Of a stretch of DNA of 64,000 nucleotides, positions 1 through 12,840 are shown piece after piece. The notes under the pieces are model-generated. The model saw only the letters and a program-made list of their open reading frames with translations. It ran no database searches and was not told where the DNA came from. Numbering within the stretch: position 1 is the first letter of the stretch; each line of letters opens with the position of its first letter. The position numbers and the translations under genes are program-made. Source of the DNA: Somniosus microcephalus (taxonomy: Eukaryota); the NCBI GenBank assembly GCA_052327205.1, contig CM126218.1:79484001-79548000 (forward strand), in the 5' to 3' direction.

Positions 1-269
1 AAACATTGTAATTACACAGAGACTTTCATCTCCATGAGCCATAGAAGGCCTCCATTAAGTAAGACTGGGGGAAGGGGGTGTGGGAGGTGAGGTGCAGTAG
101 AGATTTGCTGGTGAGGAATACGATAAAGTGTGGTGGGTTGTTCACACAATATCTGCTGGCAATAACATTAAAGTGAGATAACATATACTGTTACACAAAA
201 CATATTACAACTCCCACATACAGCACACATCTTGTTTCTTTCCCAAGATCTGCTCTTCCAGGGCCAATG

Positions 270-895
270 TTATTTTTTTTTCATTTGTTTATGGGATGTG
301 GGCATCGCTGGCAAGGCCAGCATTTATTGCCCATCCCTAATTGTCCTTGAGAAGGTGGTGGTGAGCCGCCTTCTTGAACCGCTGTAATCCATGTGGTGAA
401 GATACTCCCATAGTGTTCTTAGGTAGGGAGTTCCAGGATTTTGACCCAGTGACGATGAAGGATCGGCGATATACTTCTAAGTCAGGATGGTGTGTGTCTT
501 GGAGGGGAACTTGGAGGTGGTGGTGTTCCCATGCGCCTGCTGCCCTTGTCCTTCTGGATGAAAGAGGTCGCGGGTTTGGGAGGTGCTGCCGAAGAAGCCT
601 TGGCGAGTTGCTGCAGTACATCTTGTAGATGGTACACACTGCAGCCACGGTATGCCGGTGGTGGAGGGAGTGAATGTTTAAGGTGGTGGATGGGGTGCGA
701 ATCAAGCGGGCTGCTTTGTCCTGGATGGTGTCGAGCTTCTTGAGTGTTGTTGGAGCTGCACTCATCCAGGCAAGTGGAGAGTATTCCATCACACTCCTGA
801 CTTGTGCCTTGTAGATGATGGAAAGGCTTTGGGGAGTCAGGAGGTGAGACACTCACCACAGAATACCAAGCCTCTGACCTGCTCTTGTTGCCACT
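270..895 (-). mobile_element. LINE (CR1/L2 group) ORF2 3' end, 5'-truncated
   Basis: YKAQVRSVMEYSPLAW...IQDKAARLI...KSWNSLP. Other copies at 4190-4305, 6400-6612, 13485-13973, 30875-31180 and 48130-48245. Confidence 0.85.
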
Positions 896-2311
896 TCCCA
901 GCTCCTTTAAGTCCCCATACCGAACAATAGCCTAGGACTCTCAATTGAGGTTACCCAGGATAAGTCTCGGGTCAAAAATTTGAAAGGTTGTCCTGTCTGA
1001 TGGCTATTCGAAAATTCCAGCATTACCAAAGGATATGCAGGTCCTAACCATCAAAATGTGGGTTTTACATGACAGCATATATTTCAGCAAATATATGCTA
1101 TCACTTTACAGGAGCTGCCTGTAGTAACCAATGAACCCTCTAAGTGACGCGGCCGTGCAGCAATGGGAAAGATCCCCCACAGGCCGCTCACCGGCTTCGC
1201 CATGTCTTCTTCGCTGGAGATTTAAAGGGACCGCGCACTAAAAGAAACAGGCCGCGCAGAACAAAGCGCAGCTCGCAGGAAATGTTGGCAGTGACCTGTA
1301 TCCAAAGATCACCCGTCCCTCCGCCCAGTTCAATAAGTTGCATTCGAAGATTGCCGGTTGGGTAGCAATGTTCCAATCCACCCAACATTGTCCATATGAA
1401 AATGTAAGAATGTGAGCTTTAAATGATGCCTTTAAATTTATTGGTTTGCATTGGGGACTGGAATACTTTGTACACCTTTATGGCAGCCACTGTTCGTATC
1501 AAGTAGTTCCTGGCAGTTAAGGTGTGAGCTGAATCCAGATTCATTGTACCTTCACAGCGGACTTGACAATGGGCTAGTGTAAAACGGGTGACAGCGAGTC
1601 GGAAGCCCGTTTTACATCACTCCCCACTTTTTTTTTCCCCGTTGAAGTCTCTTCACCTTTTAAGACTTGGGTTCCAATCTGCCCTGTGCGGCAGCTGCTT
1701 TATCTGGCAGAGGTAAGGGTCCTCGGCCCCTTCACTGATTTTATGAGGAAAGTTTAGAAAAAGCTTGCACTCTTCAGCCACGAAAGGAGGTGTATCTGAA
1801 TAAGAAAGCTTAATCCTGAGTGCTATTAGTTGAATCATGGCCTGTAGAACAAGGGATATAGATACAAGCTTGGTTAAAGGTGAGTTCTGGACTGATGCTG
1901 GGAAGCACTTCTCACACAGAGGATGATTAATCCTGGAATGGTCTTCTGGTAAAGTAGGAGAGGCAGAAACTCAGGAATAATTTAGGATACAGTTGGATGC
2001 CTGCAATTTACTAATGTAGGATCCATTCCTCCCCCTCCCCAACGGTAAAAATTGGACTGTGAAATATAAAAACCCAGAACTGCAGAGCCCGCAAAAAGGA
2101 CTCGGCAATAAAGGGTTAATTAAAACATCGCAGCCAAAACTACGACTGGATCACAGACAATCTAAAATCTGAACAAGAGCATTCACATATTCATGTGCCT
2201 TAAGGGGTTACGTTGTTCACCTTGGACCATGGTATCAGTGCAGGCCTAGGACAATGGGCCGGGCCTTGAACCATTTGAATATGAATGTTAACAGAAACCA
2301 ACAACTTCGCA

Positions 2312-2961
2312 GCAACATTGGGGAGACCAAACGCAGATTGGGTGACCACTTTGCGGAACACCTCCGTTCAGTCCGTAAGGGTGACCCCGAGCTTCCGGTC
2401 GCCTGTCATTTTAATTCACCGCTCCATTCCCACTCGGACCTCACCGTCCTTGGCCTCTTGCATTGTTCCACAGAAGCTCAACGTAAACTCGAGGAACAGC
2501 ACCTCATCTTCCGATGAGGCACTTTGCAGCCTTCCGGACTCAATATCGAGTTCAACAATTTCAGATCATAACCTCGGCCCCTATTACATTTTTACTTATA
2601 TTATTTTCCACCCCTTTGTTTTGGGTTTTCCCTCCCCCCCTTTCCTTTTTTTTCTCTCTCCCATATGGCAGCTGTCTCTCATTCTGCCAGTACACTTCAC
2701 ACCTAATCTGAGCCGCCTTTTGTCTCCACTGTCCTATTACCATCTCGTCTGGTTTTGAATACCTCTTAATGTCTCTTTACTTCTTTTGTTCTATCGCAGC
2801 CCTGTCTTCGATCTATTTCATTTCCTTTCCAGTTTTGAAAAAGGGTTCACCCGAAATGTCAACACTAATTTCTCTCCACGGATGTTGCCTGGCCTGCTGA
2901 GTTTTTCCAGCATTTTCTGTTGTTATTTCGGATTTCCAGCATCTGCAGTATTTTGCTATCG
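2312..2961 (+). mobile_element. 5'-truncated Penelope-like element (GIY-YIG C-terminus + pLTR)
   Basis: IGETKRRLGDHFAEH...VACHFN...RKLEEQHLIFR; 9-bp TSD AACTTCGCA (2303-2311, 2962-2970). Confidence 0.9.
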
Positions 2962-3503
2962 AACTTCGCATACGCAGTCACTTTGGGAAGGTTGCATTGT
3001 CAGAAAGGTATCAATGGACAATATGAGGGATAATTCACACATTTTGAAACGGCCATCATATGCTCAGGAGGGGCCCAGGAAACGTGTTTCAAGATTGCAA
3101 GTTGGTTTTGGTTTAAGTAAAAGATCACTTCAGGACAGTGGTTTGGGACACCAACGGCAGAACAGCGAACAGAAAGATTTGAGGCTACAATCAACTCCAA
3201 GTGATAGCCGATCGGGAGTGGTGATTGTAGGTTTCAGTCAAATCATACAGAGGCTTTTATGATTGAGTCTGAGTAAGTTTGTGAGTTTCAATCAGATCAC
3301 AATAAGGGTTTTGTGATTGAGTCTGGGTAACTTTATATGTAACAGTCAAATCGCGAATGGGTTTAACTGTGTCATATTGTGTCGATGCAAATGACCCTTG
3401 CGTAGGGGTTTGTATTTTGGGGTTGTTAGCCTGATATAAATCATAGGGATTTATACTGGGAAGGTAATTGTGTGTGTGCGTTCAATAAATGAACCAGTGT
3501 GTG

Positions 3504-3796
3504 TGTTGATGTGCCACAATAATTCCGAGACTCGGTGTTAGCGAAACAAAACAAGGCTTTTATTAACTTAGAAGGTAACACGCAGTGGAGAGAGGTATCT
3601 TCCATCTGGAGGTCTGCAGTACTGGATATGAGGCCAGACTGAGCTTGCTTACATAGGGGCCAGGTATGGGCGGAGCCCTACACACAATACATTACAATAT
3701 ACAATACAATGGTGAGGAGACCGAACTGAGGTAAGGGAACTGAAACCTGAAACCAACCACAGTCACAGGCAGTGATGAATGGAATATTTCATCACA
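3504..3796 (-). mobile_element. Solo LTR (293 bp) nested in another solo LTR
   Basis: TGTTGATG...CATCACA termini; TSD TGTG; AATAAA on the minus strand near 3560. Confidence 0.65.
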
Positions 3797-4377
3797 TGTG
3801 TATTCAATAAACGAACCAATCAAACGTTAAGCCAAAACCCTGTGCCGTGTGTATTTTGGTCTTATAAATCCTGACGTCCAAGAACTGTGTGTAATGGGGG
3901 AACCAGTATCAGAGAAAACTCCTTACACTAATGTATTATCCCCATCCCCTGAAGCTTTTAAAAACACCTCCATACCTTCTGGCTGTACGGCATTTGGATC
4001 TTGGGAAGAGGCTAAATTATGAAGATTATCAGGATCAAACGAAAACAGTATGAAATGACTGACTTACTTTTTCTTTACACTTTTATTTTAATTTAAGATG
4101 CTACTTGTTCATTGTTTGGTTCTCCATCTATTCACTTGTGACTTGTGTTAGGATATATCATCACTCAAGTGCGACCTTGTCTTTGACTTTTTTTTTATTC
4201 GTTTATGAGATTTGGGCGTCGCTGGGAAGGCCAGCATTTATTAATTGCCCTTGAAAAGGTGGTGGTGAGCTGCCTTCTTGAACCGCTGCAGTCCGTGTGG
4301 TGAAGATGTTATTGGAAGCTCAAGTGACAATGCCCCTTTAAGGACTTTATGTGCCACACTTTACCTGCTAGGCACAA

Positions 4378-5017
4378 GGGGGAAAAATTCAGTATCGCCC
4401 CATTTGGGGCGCGATTATCGGCCGACAGCAAACTTGGCTTTTATCGCCCCTGGAGGTGATTGGAGCGCTAAATCAGGCGCTACACACCTGTCTTATGGCG
4501 CAAAGGCTGAGGAGCGAGGCGCTACCTCAGAGCGCTGGCGAAGCAAGGAAGGGCAAATCAAAATAAACCTGCAAAGTGCTGCTCAGTACTCAAAACTCCT
4601 TCACACAGCGTTGAATCTCTCCAGAAGTCTCTCTCTCTCTCTCTCTCAGAATGCGTGGTGCAAAAATGTCACCGACAAAAAAAGGCAGGAAGCGGTCGCC
4701 TTTAGATAGCGCTCCCCCAGTCCCTTTCTGACAGCAAAACGCTCCCCTCAACCTGTCGTTGCTAGCGGCAGGCGGTAAGGCAGGGGGCACCACTCAATAT
4801 CCGGTCCAGGGCGCTAACGGGGCGTTGCGCACTCGCCTGACGTCATAATCTGCCGGCGCAGGAGATCGTGGCGGTAGTGTTTAGTGCCGCGGCAAAATGT
4901 CTAGTTCATTTCACGAGCGGCACAAACATCGCTGCGCTCGGCCTCTAGTTGCTTTGCGCCCCAATTGGCGCCCTCTTCAGGCACTAACGGGAGGTGCAAA
5001 CAACTGAAATTTTCCCC
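4378..5017. mobile_element. GC-rich Harbinger-like MITE
   Basis: TIRs GGGGGAAAAATTCAGT / ACTGAAATTTTCCCC; CAA flanks; resembles 55148-55832. Confidence 0.7.
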
Positions 5018-6662
5018 CAAGGGCTCAGAGTTTCCTCAGGGCCTGGGGAATAATACAGGGGTAAAATTAATACCCTCAACTATGTCCACTATCCTGGCTT
5101 GTACCCCACTCCCCTACTCTGAAATGTAATTGTTTAATTAAAGAGACCCATTGAGGTGATAAAGTCAGGTAGGAGTCGAGTCTTTGCTCTGAGGAATAAG
5201 TGAGGTGAATTCCTGATCGAAGTCTGTGCCGGGCGGAAGGTCTATCCACCACATGGAAGGTCCACCATGCTGGAAGGAGATGGGATCTTTATCCCTGCTG
5301 GATTTCATGCAGCTACCCCCTCCCCCCTCCCCCCCCCTCCATTGTGCTGAACGATCCGGATGTCGGTAAGTTACCAGCATCCAGTTTTGTAAATTATTGG
5401 AAATGGGACCCACCGGCATAAGATGCTGGCAGGATCGGTAAATCAGCCATCTTATAAAATGGGCCATTTAAAAGAAAAATTGTAACCGTTGTCACCTGTC
5501 TGCCCGCTGAGCGGTTTGCCAGTGCCGCATCTTCCTCGCTCCCTCTCTCTCTACCGGGCACTCTAGTTGTACCGACAGTGCTGTGGGCGTCTGCCGGAGA
5601 TGCATAAAACAGCTGGCCCTGCCCTAACATCGGATACTCCATGGGGTCAAGAGCGGAGGTCAGCAGTGACAGAGTGGACCCGAGGATCCTCAGCCCCAAA
5701 GTCTTTCCACAGTTAGATTGACAGATGGGTGGGTGGAATAACGTGGATGCAATGACGTTATTGGAAGCTTAAGTGACAATGGTGACAGTGCCCCTTTAAG
5801 GACTACCCAGCTTCCATTAGTCAACAATTATCTTCTATATGGAAACTAATTATATCATCACAGGCAACATCATAGAGTGGTGTTTAATCTCTACTCTCCA
5901 TGCGAATGTTTTCGAAGTGTCTGGAACATATTCCACTAGTGACTCTGAAGTTATCATGAATGAAGAATTTGGCTTTTGGACATATAATATACTGTAACTG
6001 TCAAATGTTTAGACAAAACCTCCCACTGGGAAGCACAGATTTCATTTAGGATTTTCTTAATACAGGAAACTCCTGCCAGTCCGGTTCTTTTAAAATCTTT
6101 GGAACCGTTACAGTATCTACAAAAATACTGTAATTTATTGAAGAAAGAAAATAGGAGAAGCACCACTGTATTTATGTTTACATTTACAGAAACATTCAAA
6201 GTTATTTCCTCATTCTCTGTGTGATTAACTTCAGTTCACGATGATCCAATTTTGTAGCGTATTGCTGTTCTCCCATCTTTCCCTGCAAGAGAATCCCTGT
6301 CGGGACAATGTGCAGAACTGTGTCAGTCCTCAACTTAGCCAGAATGTGGATGCCTTGCAATAAACTGATATCAAGTAAAATTTAACTGTCTTGTCCAATT
6401 ATTTTTTTAATTCATTCACGGGATGTGGGCGTCACTGGCAAGGCCAGCATTTATTGCCCATCCCTGATTGCCCCTTGGGAAGGTGGTGGTGAACCACCTT
6501 CTTGAACCGCTGCAGTCCGCGTGGTGAAGGTACTCCCACAGTGCTGTTAGGGAGGGAGTTCCAGGATTTTGGCCCAGCGATGATGAAGGATCGGCCGATA
6601 TACTTCCAAGTCCAAATGATAATGACTTTAGTGTTTATCTTCTCATACAATAATCCTTACAT

Positions 6663-7320
6663 TGTAGGAATTCGGGTTCACCTAGGTAGGTATCGGACGA
6701 ATGCCAACTAAATAATCGAGTCCGACTTCAGGATAAACAATCAAGAAGTTCTTTAATGCAGGAACAGACGAAATACAGCAGGTAAGAGAGATGTATGCAG
6801 GAGAGCCATGGAGTAGGTCTTTCCCCAGCGAGCACGCCACGAGGACTGAGTTCGCAGTCCCGTGGATAGCGTGATGACGTCATCATGCTCGGCCGCGTTT
6901 TCCCGCGCTTGTGTGGTCCCCTGACCTACGTCGTGATGTCGACACGTTTGCCCGTGCTTGGGCGGTCACGTGACCCGCGTCGATACGTCGGCGCGTTACC
7001 CGGCACTGAGGCTGGCCGTTGCGGCCGAAGTTGCGAGAGCGGGAGGCCCAACCGGGCCGGCGGCCATCGCGGGTGCGGGAGGCCAAACCGGGCCGGCGGC
7101 CACCACAGGAGCGGGAGGCCGAGTTGTGCCGGCGACCGTCGTGGGAGTGGAAGGCCGCGCTGGGCTGGTTCGCATCTGGGTGAGTCACGTGATGTGCGAC
7201 GTGACGTCAGTGCGTTCTTAAAGGGGCAACGGCCCGAACAGGTAAGTTATATACATACATAGTTAAGTTAAAGTGAATTATGTACATTATAAGTAAGGGA
7301 CACCCGGTGGTACTGCCACA
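6663..7320 (-). repeat. 3' LTR (658 bp)
   Basis: Highly similar to 8761-9383 but has one extra ~36-bp internal repeat unit. Confidence 0.93.
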
Positions 7321-8065
7321 TACGCCCCCCCAGAATTCGCTTTAATGAAAGTCAAAAGACGAGGTGGCCTGACGAGCTGGTGGTCTCGGCGGTCGTGCTG
7401 TCTCGTCTTGGCAGGCGAGGTCCAAAGGTTCTGGTCGCAAGCGGATCCTTGCATGCATCGTGGCAGATAAAACGTATCCAGCCATGCGGAGGATCGTGGT
7501 GTCATGGTGAACAAAAGGCATTCAGCCATGCGAAAGACCGTAGCGACGTGTGACCTCTACAGCCCATGGTTCGAAGCGGGCGCCGGGGCGAAACAGCAGA
7601 CTGGCAGGTTGGGTATACACGGACCATGGCTCTGTTGATGGTGGAAAAAGTCCCCAGTCTGACGAAATCTGTAGGAACGCCGAACGGGCAATCCAGGAGG
7701 ACTTGGCGGGCGAGGTCGGTGAACTCGCCGACAGGTGAGCAAACCATTGCTGCGTTGATCAGTGATGACAGCAACTTTTGTGTAGCCGATCGTGGCCATG
7801 GAATGCCCGTTGGACCTGTCGTCGATGTTTGCAGCATCAGTAGATGTTAGCGTTTGTTGAGGGGAACACTGTAGCGAGGGCGGTAACGCTTTGAGTTGTT
7901 GTTGCTTTAAGTAGAAAACTGCCGGGAGGGCGGCAACGCTTCTAGTAATTGTTGATTGAAAAGGAAAACTGCCGGAAGGGCGGCAACACTTCGCTTTCAC
8001 GCCGAAAAGCGTGGTAGAAAACACAACCAGCAGGCTGACGGGCTGGTGCGTCATCGGCGGGGAAT

Positions 8066-8196
8066 GAGTCTTCGTGTTTCACGAGGGATGGGTCCTCGTG
8101 ATTTGCGAGGGATGGGTCCTCGTGGTTCACGAGGGATGGGTCCTCGTGGGTCGCGAGGAGTGCGTCCTCGTGGTTCGTGAGGAGCGAGTCCTCGTG
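8066..8196. repeat. 24-bp tandem repeat, about 5.5 units
   Basis: Units like GGGTCCTCGTGGTTCACGAGGGAT. Confidence 0.9.
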
Positions 8197-8233
8197 GCAT
8201 CTCCGCGGGGGCGCGCTCCGATCTTGAGGGCCC

Positions 8234-8470
8234 TTAAACCTGTGGAACCCGCGCTTGGAGGGATGTATACTTGCTGTTGCGTTGAGAGATGTCGTGGAGG
8301 CGGACGATCCGTGTGGCGGTAGAAATGTCGAATACAGAGACCGTAAGCAGGTGCGTGGTCTGTGCCACATCGATGTTCTGGGCGAACGGGGCTCCTACCT
8401 TTATAAAGCTCGAGGACGGTTGCTGCTCCCTGAATTGCGGTAGCGACAGCGAAACGGCTGATGCTTCCAT
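8234..8470 (-). pseudogene. Degenerate Gag N-terminal remnant
   Basis: MEASAVSLSLPQFREQQPSSSFIKVGAPF...SKYTSLQARV resembles the Mag-type Gag start (AVSLKLPxFWxxQPxxWFxQAEAQF...KYxALK). Confidence 0.65.
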
Positions 8471-8760
8471 CGGGTGCTTCTTTTGTGAAAATCGTTCACA
8501 GAAATCGGGGTCCGGCTGCATTTTGTTCGTGAATAACGGGCTCACCTCCAGGCTGCGCTTCCTTTGCGAATATGTTCACAAAGGCGGGGTCGCCAATGTA
8601 GGAATCGGTGTTCGTCGGTTGTTCGTCGGCTGTTCGTCGGTCGTCTTCTGTGAAGACGAGGTTCAGGCTGCGCGTTTCTTCCGTGAAAAACATTCACGGA
8701 TACGGGGTCACCAATGTAGGTATTGATGAGCTCCTGTATTCACATCATTGGGTCACCAAT

Positions 8761-9383
8761 TGTAGGAATTCGGGTTCACCTAGGTAGGTATCGGACGAAT
8801 GCCTACTAAATAATCGAGTTCGACTTCAGGATAAACAATCAAGAAGTTCTTTAATGCAGGAACAGGCGAAATACAGCAGGTAAGAGAGATGTATGCAGGA
8901 GAGCCTTGGAGTAGGTCTTTACCCAGCGAGCACGCCACGAGGACTGAGTTCGCAGTCCCGTGGATAGCGTAATGACGTCATCACGGTAGGCCGCGTTTTC
9001 CCGCGCTTGTGTGGTCACGTGACCTGCGTCGTGATGTCGACGCGTTTGCCCGCGCTTGGGCGGTCACGTGACCCGCGTCGATACGTCGGCGCATTTACCC
9101 GGCACTGAGGCTGGCCGTTGCGGCCGAAGTCGCGAGAGCGGGAGGCCGAACCGGGCCGGCGGCCACCACAGGAGCGGGAGGCCGAGTTGTGCCGGTGACT
9201 GTCGCGGGAGTGGAAGGCCGCGCTGGGCCGGCTCGCATCTGGGTGAGTCACGTGATGCGCGACGTGACGTCAGTGCGTTCTTAAAGGGGCAACGGCCCGA
9301 ACAGGTAAGTTATATACATACATAGTTAAATTAAAGTGAATTATGTACATTATAAGTAAGGGACACCCGGTGGTACCGCCACA
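8761..9383 (-). repeat. 5' LTR (623 bp)
   Basis: Direct repeat of 6663-7320; adjacent to the PBS. Confidence 0.93.
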
Positions 9384-9949
9384 ACATTTATATATGGGCT
9401 AGATTTTTGCCTATTTGTAATCTGTGAACAGAAAATGTATCATTAACTCTCCCATTAAAATGTCTTGAGGTGTTTCATGCCATGAATTAATTTTTGACTA
9501 TTGTTATGTAGGCAAAGGCACCAACCATTCTTCATCAGCATCAACCAACAAACAGCAATGAGGTTTCTCTTTGGTGGCGTTGGTTGAGGAAAGATGATTG
9601 ACCAGGGTACCGGGAGAACTCCCCCCTCCTCTTAAAATTTCCATGGAATCATTAATGTCCTCCTAAACCACAGAGCAAGCAGACAGGCCCTCCGCTTAAA
9701 GTCTCACCCGAGAGTATCATGTTCACTGTTTTCTTTCCTAAACTACTATCACACAGGAAACAATAACCTGCTATTTTGATCCAAGCTGTGTGTATACAGA
9801 AAAGTCCATTAAGAAAATACAGGGAACTATGTTAATATACAGAAAAGTAAAGTATGAGTTTTTTTATGTGTAACATATTCACTTCTATCTTCCTTTTAGC
9901 TCTCCATTATTTCTTGGCTTTTTCTGTTCCTCTTTGATACCCCCCCCGG

Positions 9950-10268
9950 GATATCTGCGCTCCTCTAATTCTGCCCTCTTGAGCATCTCTGATTATAATC
10001 GCTCCACCATTGGTGGCCGTGCCCTCTGTTGCCTCGGCCTTAAGCTCTGGAATTCCCTGCCTAAACCCTCCGCCTCGCTACCTCTCTTTCCTCCTTTAAG
10101 ACGCTCCTTAAAACCTACCTCTTTGACCAAGCTTTTGGTCACCTGCCCTAATTTCTCCTAATGTGGCTCGGTGTCAAATGTTTTGTCTTAAAATACTCCT
10201 GTGAAGCGCCTTGGGACCTTTTACTATGTTTAAAGTGCTATATAAATGCAAGTTGTTGTTGTTGTTGT
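9950..10268 (+). mobile_element. L2-type LINE 3' end
   Basis: RSSNS...GGRA...LWNSLP; tail GTGAAGCGCCTTGG...TATAAATGCAAG(TTG)n. Confidence 0.8.
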
Positions 10269-10900
10269 TTGCTGGAGTGGGTTTTTCCCTGTTGGGATTG
10301 GTAATTGGTAAAGGGAAAATGAACAATCAGGTACTTCCCAAAAAGAGTCCCATCATGTCAGGTTTGATCCTCCATGGAATCCTTTCCAAAATAGGGGACT
10401 AATTTTTAACCACGTGGCATACATGGCCTGCTCATTGCCACCTTCTTGTTGTAATATTTGCATATTGAATTATCATTGGCCTGCAGGCATCTGTAAGGAA
10501 CACCTATTATATTCACATGTGATCACATGCTGAGTTGTCATTGGCCTGCAGGCATCTGTAAGGACTACTATTGTTTTGGAAGACCCAGGCTAGGGGTCTT
10601 AACTCCATCTTGTCCCCACTGTGCTGTATGATTGAGATCACAGACCTGATGCTTCATAAAGGAGTTTAAACTGTAATACTCCGTTGTCCTGCATATTATT
10701 ATTTTTGTACAAAGTGTGCAAAACAAGACACTTGTCACAATCTGCTCCATTATCACGTGCAGGCTGCTCTTTCTCATTACTTCAGTGGTTGTTATTCTGT
10801 CCTCCCAGCAGATTGAAGGAAGTCAGCGGGGAGAGCGAGCAGAAGATAATGTACTGACATGATCTTGGGATACCTGGTTATGATGACTGACTGACTCTTT

Positions 10901-11726
10901 GGGCTGGATTTTATCAATGGGGACACGTTGGGGTCGGGCCTGCTGCTTGTCGAGTTTCAGTCCCGCCCCCAACGACGTCCGGCCAACCCATGCTATTTTC
11001 CCTTGATTGACCTTGTTAAGCCCACCCTGCAGGCTTAGCCGGCCAATTAGGGGAAAGCCAGTGACAGATGACGGCAGCGTATGACGTTTCATCTGTCGAA
11101 AAATTTTGACAGATGAATTGCCATCGTTTGACAGCTTTGAGAAGCTGTCAAATACTGACAATCTCTGCTCTAAGGTATGCCCTTGGACTGAAGACTCACC
11201 AAACCTCTTTCTTTAGCAGAAATCAGATGGCTCCTGCATCGGAGAATGCAGCAGCCATTCTGTCAGCTCTGCCGTCGAGATGAGGCACCTCCGGATCCTC
11301 AAGGGTTGAAGCCTGCAGAAAGAAACAAAGGCAAGTAAACTTTTTCTGACACTTTGCACTCACCTCTCGTACTTACCTCTCCACACTTGCACCCATCACT
11401 CACCTCCACAGCGGACATTTTAACCTCTCTCACCCCCGCAGACCCACTGCTCACCTCGCTGACCCTGGTGAGGTTCACAGCCGTTGGGAAGCCTGCAGTT
11501 GTGTAGGTAAAATAGGGATAAGCCTCTTAACTGCCTGCAGTTAAGTGGCTGTAATCCCCTTCCCGCCTCGAGGAGACGGGTCCCTGTGCGAGTCGGGGGC
11601 CCGCCCCCCTGGGAAGATGGCATAGAGGCTGGTTGGGAGCGGGGTTGATACCCGCTCCCAGTTTCCGCCCTTTTCCCAGCGGTCCCGCCTCTATACCCGC
11701 CTCCCCAGGGCTGGCAAAATTCCCCC
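10901..11726. mobile_element. Harbinger-like MITE family A
   Basis: GGGCTGGATTTT...AAAATTCCCCC; TSD TTT. Confidence 0.75.
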
Positions 11727-12257
11727 TTTGCCTCTCTTCCTCCCTCCCCTGTCCTGCCACCAGTATCTCTTTGACCATCTCGCCTTTGGACTCTCTTTTT
11801 TTTCTATTCATTTGATCTCCTTTCTGCTTCTTTCTGCCAGCCAATTGAAAATCACAAGTTTGTTTGAAAGAGACAACTGTTGAGACTATTACTAAGCCAA
11901 AAACTGCTTCAAAGTCAAGAATGATGTGGGGATAAGCTTTAGGCTCTTGTTGCAGTTTATGAGCAACAAAGTATTACTTTATTCTTTTGCTTTCTGGGAA
12001 GATACCGATGATTACAGAGTAAATGAACCCTCCAGTGGTTTGTATAAGAAGGAACTGGTTGCATTATCTAAAGTGGCTACCAAGATTATTCCAAAAAATA
12101 TATCAAGATCGCTTTGAAATTGAGTGAATCACAGAGTCAAAATCTGTTTCCATCCCTGGGTGCAAGCGCACCATCTGCTTTATTGAGGAAAGATGGAAGC
12201 AATTGTTGAAATGTATTTGAAATCCATGCTTCAGAATCAAAAGTTCCATAACAATTC

Positions 12258-12840
12258 AGCAACAACAATAACTACTTGCATTCATGTAGCGCCTTTAACA
12301 TAGTAAATCGTCCCAAGGCGCTTCATGGGAGCGTAATCAAACAAAATTTGACACCGAGCCACACAAGTAGATATTAGGACAGGTGAGCAAAAGCTTGGTC
12401 AAAGAGGGAGGTTTTAAGGAGTGTCTTAAAGAAGGAGAGAGAGGTAGAAAAGCGGAGAGGTTTAGGGAGGGAACTCTAGAATTTAGGGCCCAGGCAGTTG
12501 AAAGCACAGCCGTCAATGGTGGTGCGGTTAAAATTGGGGATGCACAAGAGGCCAGAATTGGAGGAGCGCAGAGACCTTGGAGGGCTGTAGGGGCTGGAGG
12601 AGGTTACAGAGATAGGGAGGGGGGGCGAGGCCATGGAAGGATTTGAAAACAAGGATGAGAATTTTAAAATTTTAAAATTGTGGCGTTGCCAATGTAGGTC
12701 AGCGAGCACAGGGGGTGATGGGTGAATGGAACTTGGTGCGAGTTAGGACACGGGCAGCAGAGTTTTGGATGAACTCCAGATTATGGAGGGTGGAAGATGG
12801 GAGGTTGGCCAGGAGAGCGTTGGAACAGTCAAATCTAGTA
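12258..12840 (-). mobile_element. L2-type LINE 3' end
   Basis: Same family as 9950-10268. Confidence 0.8.

Larger units (their letters stand above)
2015..3927 (+). mobile_element. Solo LTR (~0.95 kb) with two nested insertions
   Basis: Termini TGTAGGA...TCCTTACA; 4-bp TSD CTAA (2011-2014, 3928-3931); AATAAA near the 3' part. Confidence 0.75.
6663..9383 (-). mobile_element. Internally deleted non-autonomous Gypsy (Mag-like) LTR element
   Basis: LTRs 6663-7320 and 8761-9383 (TG...CA); 4-bp TSD ACAT; PPT (GGGGGGGCGTA on minus) at 7321-7331; tRNA-Trp-type PBS next to 8761; only 1.44 kb of internal sequence. Confidence 0.93.

Noticed and set aside
8066-8196. CRISPR-like array
   Set aside because: Contiguous tandem units with no unique spacers, in eukaryotic retroelement context with no cas genes.
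10473-10565. 27-bp direct repeat TCATTGGCCTGCAGGCATCTGTAAGGA
   Set aside because: Only two copies; an ordinary local duplication.
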